Assembly (NCBI RefSeq): GCF_041687215.1
Contig: NZ_JAWLCI010000018.1
Coordinates: 3,572 to 67,571 of the forward strand
Direction: 5' to 3'
Length of the DNA stretch: 64,000 nucleotides
Origin: Mariniphaga sp.
Lineage (GTDB): Bacteria > Bacteroidota > Bacteroidia > Bacteroidales > Prolixibacteraceae
Both the position numbers and the translations under genes were made by a program. The notes under the pieces are model-generated. The model did no database searches. It saw nothing but the letters and a program-made list of their open reading frames with translations, and was not told the DNA's origin. Numbering within the stretch: the first letter of the stretch is position 1; each line of letters begins with the position of its first letter. Shown here piece after piece: positions 31,145-41,238 of the stretch.

Positions 31145-32032
31145 ATGACACCACTAGGAGAAGATTTACAAACCGCAAAGAATAATATTGCAGATTTTCA
31201 GGATATTACAATAAGAGTTCTCGAATATCTTCCAAATGTTCTTAGTGGGTCAAAAGAAAAAAATAATTACATTATTTATGTAAGCACAAATTCAGGGACT
31301 ACTAAGTATCTAAGACCAATTAATAAGAAAATATTTATTAATAGTCCAACAAATTTCAAAGACAATTTTAAGGCATTTCAATTAGTTCTTGCTAAAGTTA
31401 AAACTGGCAAAAAAACTGATAAAATTGAGAAGGACATTATTGACTCGGTTCTTTATACAATCCAACAATCAATTGGTGTTGGTTTAGATTTGACTGTACA
31501 CCCAAATAGTGCAAGGAAGCATGTTGGCAATAGATTTGAAGAGCTGGTTAGATGTGTTTTCACAGAAATAGGTATTACTAATAAAAGACTGGTATTAAAA
31601 ATCCCATATACAAGTGATAAAAGCATAAAATATTATAAAAGTGAAAATGATGTAGTATTATCACCATACCCAAAAGTTAAATCTACTTCTAAAGACCTTA
31701 ATCCCAATGAGGTCGTAGTTTCTGTCAAAACCACATCAAAAGACCGAATGGGTAAAATGTTTTTAGATAAAATTTTATTGGAAAAATTTGTAAACCATCC
31801 CCAAAAAATAATAGGTATTTTTTTGAATGATGTACAACGAAAAGATACTGATAATATCAGTTACACTTTAGTTTCCGGTTCATTTTTAGTGTACACTCAA
31901 TTCATTGGGAAGCTTGAAGGAGTATATTATTTAGACCCTCCGCCAACAGCGACAAAAGCACCTTACACAAACTACATGAAACAATTCTCAGAATTAATAA
32001 CGACTGATATAAAAACCTTATTAACTCCTTAA
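31145..32032 (+). CDS. Putative type II restriction endonuclease (PD-(D/E)xK-like)
   Basis: GNRFEELV, ENDVVL, SVKTTSKDR; AT-rich; convergent with a methylase. Confidence 0.65.
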   Translation: MTPLGEDLQTAKNNIADFQDITIRVLEYLPNVLSGSKEKNNYIIYVSTNSGTTKYLRPINKKIFINSPTNFKDNFKAFQLVLAKVKTGKKTDKIEKDIIDSVLYTIQQSIGVGLDLTVHPNSARKHVGNRFEELVRCVFTEIGITNKRLVLKIPYTSDKSIKYYKSENDVVLSPYPKVKSTSKDLNPNEVVVSVKTTSKDRMGKMFLDKILLEKFVNHPQKIIGIFLNDVQRKDTDNISYTLVSGSFLVYTQFIGKLEGVYYLDPPPTATKAPYTNYMKQFSELITTDIKTLLTP

Positions 32033-33103
32033 TTTTTTTCTTCGTTCTTTGGATTCGTTTTCATCTTTTGCATTTGAAATTCTATAAATATGTTCTGAAT
32101 CCATTAAACGCTTTTGGATAATTTCGCAATATTCCAATTCCAACTCTGTTCCCAACCATCTTCTGTCATAAGCTTCTGCAACTGCATAAGTTGTACCAGA
32201 ACCACCAAATGGGTCTAAAATTAAACTATCAATATTCGACGAGGCTAAAATAATTTTCCTCAGTAATTCTACTGGTTTTTGAGTTACATGCGGATACTTC
32301 TCCCATGCGCCATTAGAAATGGTAGGAATTTCAAGTACATCTTTAGGCTTCGCTCCAAGTGGATTTGGTTCCCAACTGTAATCCTTTTTTTTACCATTCG
32401 AATACTGGGAAGATTCGGCTTGTGTTCTCTTGGGATATTTTAAAGTATGCGCATTATAAGGAATTCTAATTTTGTCAATATTAAAAATAATTTCCTTCGA
32501 TTTTCGAAAATGTAAAATACTTTCATGCGAACGTCCCCAGTCATTCCCTAAATTAGCCTTATTACGATAAAACCATACTAACCATTTACAACCTTTAAAA
32601 AGATGAGAAGCAGCCCATTTAATATCAGCCAAAATCTCAGAAAAGCCGCAAACATATAATGACCCCGTTTTTTTAAGTACTCGATGTGCCTCAGAAATCC
32701 ATTCCATACTCCAGTCAACATATTCTTTTTGACTTGAAAATGAATCCCACTCAGCTTTTTTGATGTTATAAGGAGGGTCAGCAAAAATTAAATCCACAGA
32801 ATTGGATTCAAGTTGTTTTAAATATTTTATTGCATCACATTTAAATAATTTCCCATTCGGAGTTTCAAAAAATGGTTGTAAAACTTCAAAGTTTTGCGAT
32901 TTTGAACGATATTGTAAATCCAATTGCAAATCTTGGACAAGATCCAAAACCTGTTTTTCGGAATAAACTCGATAATTATTAATTGGATGTCTGGAACTTT
33001 TAAATTTACCATTATTATCCCATCTTCTCAACGTTTCCGGGCTAATATCCAAAATTTCAGCAGCTTTACTTACAGACAAATATTTTTCCATATCCTTAAA
33101 CAA
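32021..33103 (-). CDS. Beta-class amino (N6A/N4C) DNA methyltransferase with N-terminal MerR-type HTH
   Basis: ADPPYN precedes DPFGGSGTT; N-terminal SVSKAAEILDISPETLRRWD...NYRVY; start may be 33091. Confidence 0.88.
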   Translation of the reverse strand: MFKDMEKYLSVSKAAEILDISPETLRRWDNNGKFKSSRHPINNYRVYSEKQVLDLVQDLQLDLQYRSKSQNFEVLQPFFETPNGKLFKCDAIKYLKQLESNSVDLIFADPPYNIKKAEWDSFSSQKEYVDWSMEWISEAHRVLKKTGSLYVCGFSEILADIKWAASHLFKGCKWLVWFYRNKANLGNDWGRSHESILHFRKSKEIIFNIDKIRIPYNAHTLKYPKRTQAESSQYSNGKKKDYSWEPNPLGAKPKDVLEIPTISNGAWEKYPHVTQKPVELLRKIILASSNIDSLILDPFGGSGTTYAVAEAYDRRWLGTELELEYCEIIQKRLMDSEHIYRISNAKDENESKERRKKLRS

Positions 33104-33185
33104 CCTTATACATGTTTACACAACAAATGTAAATAAAAATTTATTAGATTTGAAAGAATAAGTGAAGAATAAAACACGGTGTATA

Positions 33186-33265
33186 ATCGAGTAGATGGCC
33201 GGTGAGCTGTTAAGCCCACCGGAGCACCTCTCACACCATTCCGATTGCTCGGGACGGTTCGCCAA
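33186..33265 (-). mobile_element. Group II intron 3'-end remnant (degenerate D5, intact D6)
   Basis: Minus strand gaaccg...tggtgtgagagg-tgctccggtgggc-ttaac-agctcaccgg-ccatct-A-ctcgat: D6 stem, bulged A at -7, AT end; no RT ORF. Confidence 0.7.
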
Positions 33266-33457
33266 GTCGTCAGGAGTACCCCAGATACAATTTTCCGTCC
33301 CATTTAGCAGGTTTAATTTGATTGTAGAGTTCCAATCCTTCGCATCTATTCAATTTTCGAATGTAATATGAGCAAGATTTCCAAAATCCGTAAACAAATG
33401 AAGCAACTATTCGTTTAATGTTTAAACATTTATATGCAAAATTTAAACAAACAAATT

Positions 33458-33637
33458 ATGTTCGGATTATTCAAAAAGAAAACAGAAGCAGAGAAATTGA
33501 ACAAAAAATACGACAAACTGATGCAGGAAGGATATGAATTATCCACCATCAACCGAAAAGCCAGCGATGCAAAATATGCCGAGGCAGAGCAGGTTCTGAA
33601 GCAGATTGAGAAACTGACGCAAACGCAGTCATCCTAA
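33458..33637 (+). CDS. Lacal_2735-like small protein
   Basis: MFGLFKKKTEAEKL...ELSTINRKASDAKYAEA. Confidence 0.75.
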   Translation: MFGLFKKKTEAEKLNKKYDKLMQEGYELSTINRKASDAKYAEAEQVLKQIEKLTQTQSS

Positions 33638-33725
33638 AGATGAGTGTCATATTATTTTAATTCGCCTCGGAATCCTGTTTTCCTTTTTCAGTCATTTTAG
33701 ATAGAAACCACTGCTGGCATTCACA

Positions 33726-36314
33726 CTAATTCCCAAAAACCAGTCCCTCATTTTCCACATCAATTTCAATGGGTTTGCTTTTGTCCACCTGGCCTGACAG
33801 AATTCTGCGCGACAATTCGTTCAGCACATATTTCTGTAAAATCCGTTTTACCGGCCGTGCGCCAAAGTGCGGGTCGTAACTTACCGCAGCCAGCCAGTCG
33901 ATGGCCTTTTCGGTCAGGCTGATTTTCACATCGGTACCCGACAACCGTTTTACCACCTGGTTAAACTGCAGTTTTACAATCTGGTTGATGTCTGCACGCG
34001 AAAGTGGCGTAAACACAATGGTTTCGTCAATGCGGTTCAGAAACTCGGGCCGGATGGTTTTACGCAAAAGCTCCAGCAACTGGTTCCGCGTTTGCTCCAT
34101 CACTATGCCCATATTATCGGCATCCAGGTTTTCAAAACTTTCCTGAATGAGGTGCGACCCCAGGTTGGAAGTCATAATGATGATGGTGTTTTTGAAGTTG
34201 ACCGTCCGTCCTTTGTTGTCAGTCAGCCGGCCATCGTCGAGCACCTGAAGCAGGACGTTAAACACATCAGGGTGTGCTTTTTCAATTTCGTCGAATAAAA
34301 CCACCGAATAGGGTTTGTGGCGAACAGACTCGGTTAACTGGCCGCCTTCGTCGTAACCCACATATCCGGGAGGACTGCCGATAAGCCGGGTAACCGAAAA
34401 TTTTTCCTGGTACTCCGACATGTCGATGCGGGTAATCATGTTCTCGTCGTTGAACAGGTATTCGGCCAGTGCTTTGGCCAACTCGGTTTTTCCCACACCG
34501 GTTGAACCCAGAAAAATAAACGACCCAATGGGGCGCTTTTCGTCCTGCAAACCGGCCCTACTGCGGCGAACAGCGTCCGAAACGGCAGCAATGGCTTCAT
34601 CCTGCCCTACCACACGTTTATGCAACTCGTCTTCCATGAGCAACAACTTTTCGCGTTCGCTCTGCAACATTTTCGAAACCGGAATTCCGGTCCAGCGGGC
34701 AACTACTTCGGCAATGTCTTCGGCGTCAACTTCTTCTTTAATCAGGCTGTCGCCAGCTTTCATTTTTTGCAACTCTTTTTGAAGCTTTTCAATTTCATTC
34801 TCAGCCTCTTTTATTTTTCCGTAACGCAGTTCGGCCACACGGTCGTAACGGCCCTGACGTTCGGCATCTTCAGCTTCAAATTTGTAATCTTCAATTTCAG
34901 CTTTCTTTTTCTGAATGGAGTCAATAACCTGCTTTTCACTTTCCCATTTGGCGCGCAACCGGGATTGTTCTTCTTTTAAATTTGAAATTTCTCCACCCAG
35001 CGAATCCAGTTTTTTATGATCCTTTTCGCGCTTAATGGCTTCACGTTCAATTTCCAGTTGTTTGATGCGGCGTTCAATTTCATCCAGCTCTTCCGGCACC
35101 GAATCCATTTCCAGACGCAGTTTGGCCGCAGCCTCATCCATCAGGTCGATGGCTTTGTCGGGTAAAAACCGGTCAGAAATGTAACGTTGCGATAACTCCA
35201 CTGCCGCAATAATAGCATCGTCTTTTATCCGTACTTTGTGGTGACTTTCGTACCGTTCTTTTATTCCACGCAGAATAGAAATGGCGCTGAGTGTATCTGG
35301 TTCGTCCACTTTCACCACCTGGAAACGGCGTTCGAGCGCTTTATCTTTTTCAAAATATTTTTGATATTCGTTAAACGTAGTTGCACCAATGGCGCGCAAC
35401 TCACCACGGGCCAGTGCCGGTTTCAGAATATTGGCCGCATCCATGGCGCCTTCGCTTTTTCCGGCGCCCACCAGGGTGTGAATTTCGTCGATAAACAGAA
35501 TCACTTCTTCGTTGGAATGCACCACTTCGTTTACCACTGCTTTCAATCTTTCTTCGAATTCACCTTTGTATTTGGCGCCGGCAATCAATGCGCCCATATC
35601 GAGCGAAAAAACCTGTTTGGATTTCAGGTTTTCGGGCACATCGCCACGCACAATCCGGTGGGCCAAACCTTCGGCAATAGCGGTTTTTCCGGTTCCGGGC
35701 TCGCCTATCAGAATCGGGTTGTTTTTGGTACGACGGGTAAGAATCTGCAAAATCCGCCGGATTTCCTCATCACGGCCGATCACCGGATCAAGTTTCCCTG
35801 AACGCGCCCTTTCATTCAAATTCAGGGCAAACCGGTTGAGCGAATTGAAACGGTCTTCAGCAGTTTGACTGTCCACTTTGGAGCCTTTGCGCAGTTCCTG
35901 TATGGCTTTTTGCAAATCATTTTTGGAAATGCCGTTGTCTTTCATTAAGCGGCTTACAGAATCGCCCCCATCAAGCAGTGCCAGTAAAATGTGTTCTACC
36001 GAAACATACTGGTCGCCCATTTCCTGAGCCAGCGCCAAGGCTTTTTGCAGCACACGGTTGGCCGTTGTAGAGATATAGGGTTCACCGCCGGTTACCCGCG
36101 GGTACGATTCAATGATCTTGTCAGCCGCCTGTTGAAAAATGGAAATATTTACGCCCAACTTTTTCAACAAAAATTCCAGCACATTTTCGGCGGAATGGGT
36201 CAATCCTTTCAAAATATGGCCGGGTTCAATACTTTGCTGGTTATTTCCCTGTGCAATTTGAAATGCATGTTGGACGGCCTCCTGGGCCTTTATGGTAAAA
36301 TTATTCAGATTCAT
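33726..36314 (-). CDS. clpB: ATP-dependent chaperone ClpB
   Basis: Clp N-domain, two AAA+ modules (GEPGTGKT, GSTGVGKT), middle coiled coil, GARP. Confidence 0.97.
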   Translation of the reverse strand: MNLNNFTIKAQEAVQHAFQIAQGNNQQSIEPGHILKGLTHSAENVLEFLLKKLGVNISIFQQAADKIIESYPRVTGGEPYISTTANRVLQKALALAQEMGDQYVSVEHILLALLDGGDSVSRLMKDNGISKNDLQKAIQELRKGSKVDSQTAEDRFNSLNRFALNLNERARSGKLDPVIGRDEEIRRILQILTRRTKNNPILIGEPGTGKTAIAEGLAHRIVRGDVPENLKSKQVFSLDMGALIAGAKYKGEFEERLKAVVNEVVHSNEEVILFIDEIHTLVGAGKSEGAMDAANILKPALARGELRAIGATTFNEYQKYFEKDKALERRFQVVKVDEPDTLSAISILRGIKERYESHHKVRIKDDAIIAAVELSQRYISDRFLPDKAIDLMDEAAAKLRLEMDSVPEELDEIERRIKQLEIEREAIKREKDHKKLDSLGGEISNLKEEQSRLRAKWESEKQVIDSIQKKKAEIEDYKFEAEDAERQGRYDRVAELRYGKIKEAENEIEKLQKELQKMKAGDSLIKEEVDAEDIAEVVARWTGIPVSKMLQSEREKLLLMEDELHKRVVGQDEAIAAVSDAVRRSRAGLQDEKRPIGSFIFLGSTGVGKTELAKALAEYLFNDENMITRIDMSEYQEKFSVTRLIGSPPGYVGYDEGGQLTESVRHKPYSVVLFDEIEKAHPDVFNVLLQVLDDGRLTDNKGRTVNFKNTIIIMTSNLGSHLIQESFENLDADNMGIVMEQTRNQLLELLRKTIRPEFLNRIDETIVFTPLSRADINQIVKLQFNQVVKRLSGTDVKISLTEKAIDWLAAVSYDPHFGARPVKRILQKYVLNELSRRILSGQVDKSKPIEIDVENEGLVFGN

Positions 36315-36369
36315 ATCACTACTCTTTAAAATTCCGAAAATCAGCTACAAATTACAATCCATAAATTAC

Positions 36370-36386
36370 TGACAGTCAATTTGTCA
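36370..36386. promoter_or_regulatory. TGACA-N7-TGTCA inverted repeat upstream of clpB
   Basis: Perfect 5-bp arms 56 bp upstream of the clpB start. Confidence 0.35.
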
Positions 36387-36646
36387 CGTAAACAAAGAAA
36401 TATGATGAAATTATTTCTGAAAAAGAATTTTTGAAGTGATTTTTTGGCAGGGAAAAGAGAAATTAAGCTGTGTAAGGTATAAAATGTGCCAACTGAATTT
36501 AGTTGGTCCCGAGCATTTAGCGATTTTTTAAATGATATTCATTTTAGTGAATGTGTTATATAATTCACTTATTTATTGTTTGCCATTTTTACTAAGTCCC
36601 CCCGATTTTTGAAACGAACATCAAAAAGAATAACTTAAAGGCAACA

Positions 36647-36796
36647 GGTGCAGCGCACCCTGATATTTGTAGATTGAGATTTTAATTATATCATGAAGGT
36701 GCAGCGCACCGTAACATAAGAGATATTGCGGTGCGCTGCACCTTCATTTTAAATCAACATCAATTGTTCTACAAATATTATCGCGACGCTGTCGCT
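36647..36796. repeat. REP/MITE-like hairpin element (GGTGCAGCGCACC family)
   Basis: ggtgcagcgcacc at 36647 and 36698, inverted at 36730; 19-bp stem 36693-36711/36729-36747; outer atatttgtag/ctacaaatat. Confidence 0.75.
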
Positions 36797-36830
36797 TTCT
36801 GCTTTAGTTATATAGTAGGTTTGATGAAAT

Positions 36831-36927
36831 AAAATAAGGTTTATTCGAAACCAGAAAAACCTTATTTTCAATGCATTAACCTTGGTAGAATAGTTACACG
36901 TTTGATTTTTACCTTATTACCTTATTG
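36831..36927. repeat. Diverged copy of the 30272-30365 element
   Basis: taaggtttatt..aaaaaccttattt..ttaaccttggtag..accttattaccttatt is colinear with 30272-30365. Confidence 0.55.
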
Positions 36928-37154
36928 CTCTCCGAAAAAGATTATATTAAAAAATAAAATGTCACCGCCATTTTTAAGGCGAGTAATTTTATTGATAACA
37001 TACTCATTTATTTTCCTTTAACATTCAATAATATAAAACAGTCATACTCTACAAAAACGCTGAGCATTCGGGAGCAATTACTTTTTGTCAACTTACATAT
37101 ATGTATAAACATATCCCGTTTTTAGTATAAGACTCTCAGGAAACATATTTGTAT

Positions 37155-38066
37155 CTATTTAAAAAAGTTCAGGTTATAACTTACCATCACTTCGTGGGTG
37201 CCATTATTGAAAGTATTCAGTTTTGAAAAACTTAAATCGTAGGAATATCCAATCAGCATGTTTTCGGTGGCATTAAGTTGTGCCAGAAGCCCCCAGGAAT
37301 CGCCAAACCTCAACATGGTTCCAAACCAGAACCGATCTTTTAAACCCCCAAGTGCAGTTAAATCGAAGGAAACCGGGGCATTTTTCACAACCTTCAGCAT
37401 GGAGTGGCTTTTAATTTTAATGAATTCGTTCACCGTGAAAATGTGACCTCCCATCAGGTATAAATGAATCTTTTCCCTGCCAACATATTCTGAAGAATAG
37501 TCTTCGCGGCTGATACTGTTTTCAACGAGTTTAGGTACCGAAATGCCCACATACGTTTTTTCAGAAAAAAGAAATCCTCCCACACCAAAGTTTGGCAGGA
37601 AGTTTTTAAAGATATCCCGCTGGTAAATCGGGTCAGGATTAATGGTTTCCAGTGAGACAAGGTCGGCACGGTAAAATGAGAAGCCACCCTTCAGACCAAG
37701 ACTAAGCCTGAAATCCTGATTCAACCGCAACCAATACGAATAATCGAAATAGAGCCCGGTTTGCGTAAGCGGCCCTATTTTATCGGACAAAACAGAAAAG
37801 CCAACTCCCAAATTCAAATCCTTTATGGGGGTATGAAAAGAAAATGTCCGTGTACGCGGTGCACCGTCGAATGCCACCCACTGATTACGGGCCACCACCA
37901 TAAAATTACCAATTTCTTTGGTGCCTGCATAACCCGGATTCACTATCAGCAGATTATCCATGTACTGCGTGTACATCGGGTCTTGCTGGGCAATGGATAC
38001 ACCTGTACTTCCGCTTAAAATAAGCAGCAGAATTGCAAGTTGTGTTATTTTCTTTCTTACCATCAT
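37155..38066 (-). CDS. PorP/SprF family T9SS membrane protein
   Basis: QQDPMYTQYM..NPGYAG..RNQW..GAP; C-terminal GYSYD...GTHEVMVSY. Confidence 0.92.
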   Translation of the reverse strand: MMVRKKITQLAILLLILSGSTGVSIAQQDPMYTQYMDNLLIVNPGYAGTKEIGNFMVVARNQWVAFDGAPRTRTFSFHTPIKDLNLGVGFSVLSDKIGPLTQTGLYFDYSYWLRLNQDFRLSLGLKGGFSFYRADLVSLETINPDPIYQRDIFKNFLPNFGVGGFLFSEKTYVGISVPKLVENSISREDYSSEYVGREKIHLYLMGGHIFTVNEFIKIKSHSMLKVVKNAPVSFDLTALGGLKDRFWFGTMLRFGDSWGLLAQLNATENMLIGYSYDLSFSKLNTFNNGTHEVMVSYNLNFFK

Positions 38067-38070
38067 TTTG

Positions 38071-40977
38071 CTACCTGTCTAAATAAACCGAACCAACAAT
38101 ACGTTTTTCACCGTTGCCCAAATCGAGCACGTAGAAGTAAGTTCCGCCGGGCAATTCCTCGTTCCCCAATCTTACGCCGGTATTCGATTTTCCATCCCAA
38201 AATGTTGGTGACGTTTCAATTCCATAATTATTGGCCCGGTAAACCCGGTTGCCCCAGCGGTTAAATATTTCGATGCTATTCCCCTGGTAATGTTCAATAC
38301 CCTGAATTTCAAAATAGTCGTTTACCCCATCGTTGTTGGGTGAGAATGCGTTGGGAATAAAAAAGCGAAAATCGTTTATCAACACGTAAACCATGGCATT
38401 GCTGCAATTTCCGGCCAAATCGCAAATGCGGTATTCAAAATAGTCGTTCCCGTGGAAATTCCTGTCCGGATCATAAACAATTGCCGGACCTGTATAATCA
38501 ACCGAAGCCGAACCAAACATGGGTTGCACGGAAACTGCCAGTGAAGCCGAATCTAAATCGCCGTCCACATCATAATCGTTGGCCAGAACATCTATTTTAA
38601 CAGAAATGCGGTATTGAGTAGTGTCGTAATCGTCGAGCGCCACCGGTGCAGAAGCCAGCAAACCGACGGTAACCGAATCCACATCGGAACAGCCAAACTG
38701 GTTGGTAACCTGCAAAATATATGTTCCTGTTTTACTCACCACCGGGTTGGCTGTTGTTTCACCACTTTCAATAATGCCGTCGGAAGTCTTCCACAAGTAC
38801 TGCAAGCCGGTACCCAAACTGCTGTTTCCTTCCAGAACTGCCGACTCACCGCCGAACATAAATACATCTTCCCCCGCATCGGCTACAACTTTAGAAACAT
38901 TAACCCAAACAGAATCTTCAGCACTAAAACCATATTCATTCGAAACGGTGAGCGTAAATAGTGTGGTTTCGCCTGGCACAAAAACCGGAGTCCGGCTGTT
39001 GGGATCGTCAAGCAATTCGGCAGGTTCCCATCTGTAGTTAAATGATTCACTCAGATTGAGGGCAGCCAGTGTAAAAGGATTGCAATTGCCGATGGTGGTA
39101 TCTCTTCCGGCCAGTTCAACCCACTGGTTACCCGGAGCAACCAAAATAAATCCGGTTCCCTGCACACATTCCTGAGGATCATTGGTATTGCAAACCTGGT
39201 AAACGAACCAGTCAACTCCCACATATCCTTCTTCTGGAACATAAGTAAAAGTACCATCGGGATAAATCTGCACTGTTCCGTGAGACGTTGAAATCACCGC
39301 CTCAGAATTGTACACCAGATTTTCACCCAAAAGGTCATGATCATTTTCACGAAGGCTGTAAATTCCACCCGCCACATGCAAATACATATCATCCGATGCC
39401 GAAATGGGTTTCTGCACTCCATCTCCAAAATCGCTCACAAATACATACACCCAGGCTGAATCGCATTCAACAGGTGACCCCGAATCACAAATGCGATACA
39501 TAAACCGGTCAATACCTTTATAGCCCGGAAAAGGTGTGTAGGCAAAGCTGCCGTCGTTGTTTATAACCACAGTTCCGTTTTGCGGGCCTGATAAAGGAGT
39601 AGTATTCACATTCAATGGCACACCAAATCCGTCGGGGTCAATATCATTTGCCAGTAAAATACTGAAAACAGTTTGATCGGGCAGGGTTAGCGCTACATCG
39701 GTAACTGCAACGGGAGCTATATTATTCGTTGTTTCCAGTGGCAATATTCTGATTTCCACATCAGCGCCGGTACATTCGTTGCTTTGGTTTAAATAACAAA
39801 CCCGATAACTGAAATTCACTTTCCCGGTGAATCCGTCCGGTGGTGTATATTCATAAGTTCCGTTATCGAAAAATGTTAGTCCGTTAATTCCTTCACCCTC
39901 AAGTGTGTAAACCACGCCGGCATCCTGGTTAAGAAAATCGAAGTCATTGATGCTTACATCGCCAAACAGTTTGGTATTTTCATACCCCATATTGATGTCA
40001 GGCAATGCCACCAGTGAAGGAATAAATCCTTCCACTTCGGAAACTGCAAAGGATTTTGAAATGATTTCAGACAAACACCCGTTGGCATCGGTTGCCTGCA
40101 CAAAAAGTTCATAGTTGCCTTCGGAATCCCAGAAGCGTTCTTCAGTGGAATGTGAAGTGGAAATAAAATCATTACGGTTGTTAAATTCATCGGTAAACCA
40201 CCATTCATGCATAAAATCTGTACCAGATAAGACCCTGAATGTATGGCTGGAAAACAAAGCGATTGTTTCCGGCAACGGATTTTCAAATTCAATTTCTGGT
40301 ATAGCATGGATGGTGTGCTTATGAACAGCATTGGTAAGTTGCAACGGCACATCATTGTCATCTGTAATACTTATTAATTCAACGGTAACTGGTGTGCTAA
40401 TTCCGGGTCCGGTACTGAACCACTCATCACTTATCTGTAATTTTTGCAGACTGAACTCAAGCAGAACTGAATGAGTTGAGCCGTTTACATTGAATTCAAT
40501 TTTTAGCGGAAAATAATTTGAAGTGAGCGGCAGACCGTCATTATTCAGTATTATAAGAGGTAATTCAAAACTGTTTTCTGAACTATTAAAACAGGATTGA
40601 CTTGCTACAGACTCAAAACCTACTGACCGGTTATTCGGTATAACAGTTACGGACATTGCTTTGGAATTAGTGCACCCTGAAATATCCGTTTCAACCACCG
40701 CGATGTAATACAAACCTGGTTTATCCCACTGAATATTGATAATGTGACCGGTATTTCCATTGGGGAAAACCACCTCGGGATCAGTGGCTGAAATGGAAAA
40801 AGTTGGTTCGTTGAAAACAGTCCATTCATATTCACTTCCCGTGCGTTCTTCAACAAAATACGAGCGTGTTTCGCCAACAGAAACTACAAAGTGCTCCTGT
40901 GCCGCAGCAAAAGCCACAGCCCAAATCGTCAGTATTGCCGACAATACCAGGCGCCTGTATTTAAAAACTGTTCGCAT
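38071..40977 (-). CDS. T9SS type-B CTD (CHU_C / gliding-motility-associated) surface protein with PKD/Ig-like repeats
   Basis: Signal peptide; ANDxDxDG / GSFAYTP Ig-like repeats; C-terminal IPNAFSPNNDGVND..FNRWG..WDG..GTYFY. Confidence 0.9.
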   Translation of the reverse strand: MRTVFKYRRLVLSAILTIWAVAFAAAQEHFVVSVGETRSYFVEERTGSEYEWTVFNEPTFSISATDPEVVFPNGNTGHIINIQWDKPGLYYIAVVETDISGCTNSKAMSVTVIPNNRSVGFESVASQSCFNSSENSFELPLIILNNDGLPLTSNYFPLKIEFNVNGSTHSVLLEFSLQKLQISDEWFSTGPGISTPVTVELISITDDNDVPLQLTNAVHKHTIHAIPEIEFENPLPETIALFSSHTFRVLSGTDFMHEWWFTDEFNNRNDFISTSHSTEERFWDSEGNYELFVQATDANGCLSEIISKSFAVSEVEGFIPSLVALPDINMGYENTKLFGDVSINDFDFLNQDAGVVYTLEGEGINGLTFFDNGTYEYTPPDGFTGKVNFSYRVCYLNQSNECTGADVEIRILPLETTNNIAPVAVTDVALTLPDQTVFSILLANDIDPDGFGVPLNVNTTPLSGPQNGTVVINNDGSFAYTPFPGYKGIDRFMYRICDSGSPVECDSAWVYVFVSDFGDGVQKPISASDDMYLHVAGGIYSLRENDHDLLGENLVYNSEAVISTSHGTVQIYPDGTFTYVPEEGYVGVDWFVYQVCNTNDPQECVQGTGFILVAPGNQWVELAGRDTTIGNCNPFTLAALNLSESFNYRWEPAELLDDPNSRTPVFVPGETTLFTLTVSNEYGFSAEDSVWVNVSKVVADAGEDVFMFGGESAVLEGNSSLGTGLQYLWKTSDGIIESGETTANPVVSKTGTYILQVTNQFGCSDVDSVTVGLLASAPVALDDYDTTQYRISVKIDVLANDYDVDGDLDSASLAVSVQPMFGSASVDYTGPAIVYDPDRNFHGNDYFEYRICDLAGNCSNAMVYVLINDFRFFIPNAFSPNNDGVNDYFEIQGIEHYQGNSIEIFNRWGNRVYRANNYGIETSPTFWDGKSNTGVRLGNEELPGGTYFYVLDLGNGEKRIVGSVYLDR

Positions 40978-41172
40978 TTATGCGCGCATACTTTTATTTT
41001 TTAGCCACTAAATCACGAAGAATTCGCAAATCATATCATTAAAATCATTTACATATACTTAAAAGACTTTCTTTACATAATCTTTTTCCATTCAAATCAA
41101 TAGTGACCTTTACGTCCCTGTAAAGAAAAATCCGGTTCAGACCATTCCAATGCCTTACAACATCCAGCCCGG

Positions 41173-41199
41173 TTGGGCAGGGAATTTTTCCCTGCCCAA
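41173..41199 (-). terminator. Intercistronic hairpin (stabiliser or partial terminator)
   Basis: ttgggcaggga-atttt-tccctgcccaa, 11-bp perfect stem 40 nt after the 41239 stop; no U tail on the coding strand. Confidence 0.6.
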
Positions 41200-41238
41200 A
41201 AGCTGTATTTTGAAAAGCTATTATTCATTTTAAAACTA

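Noticed and set aside
33106-33303. 65-aa ORF
   Set aside because: Translation of the group II intron D5/D6 remnant
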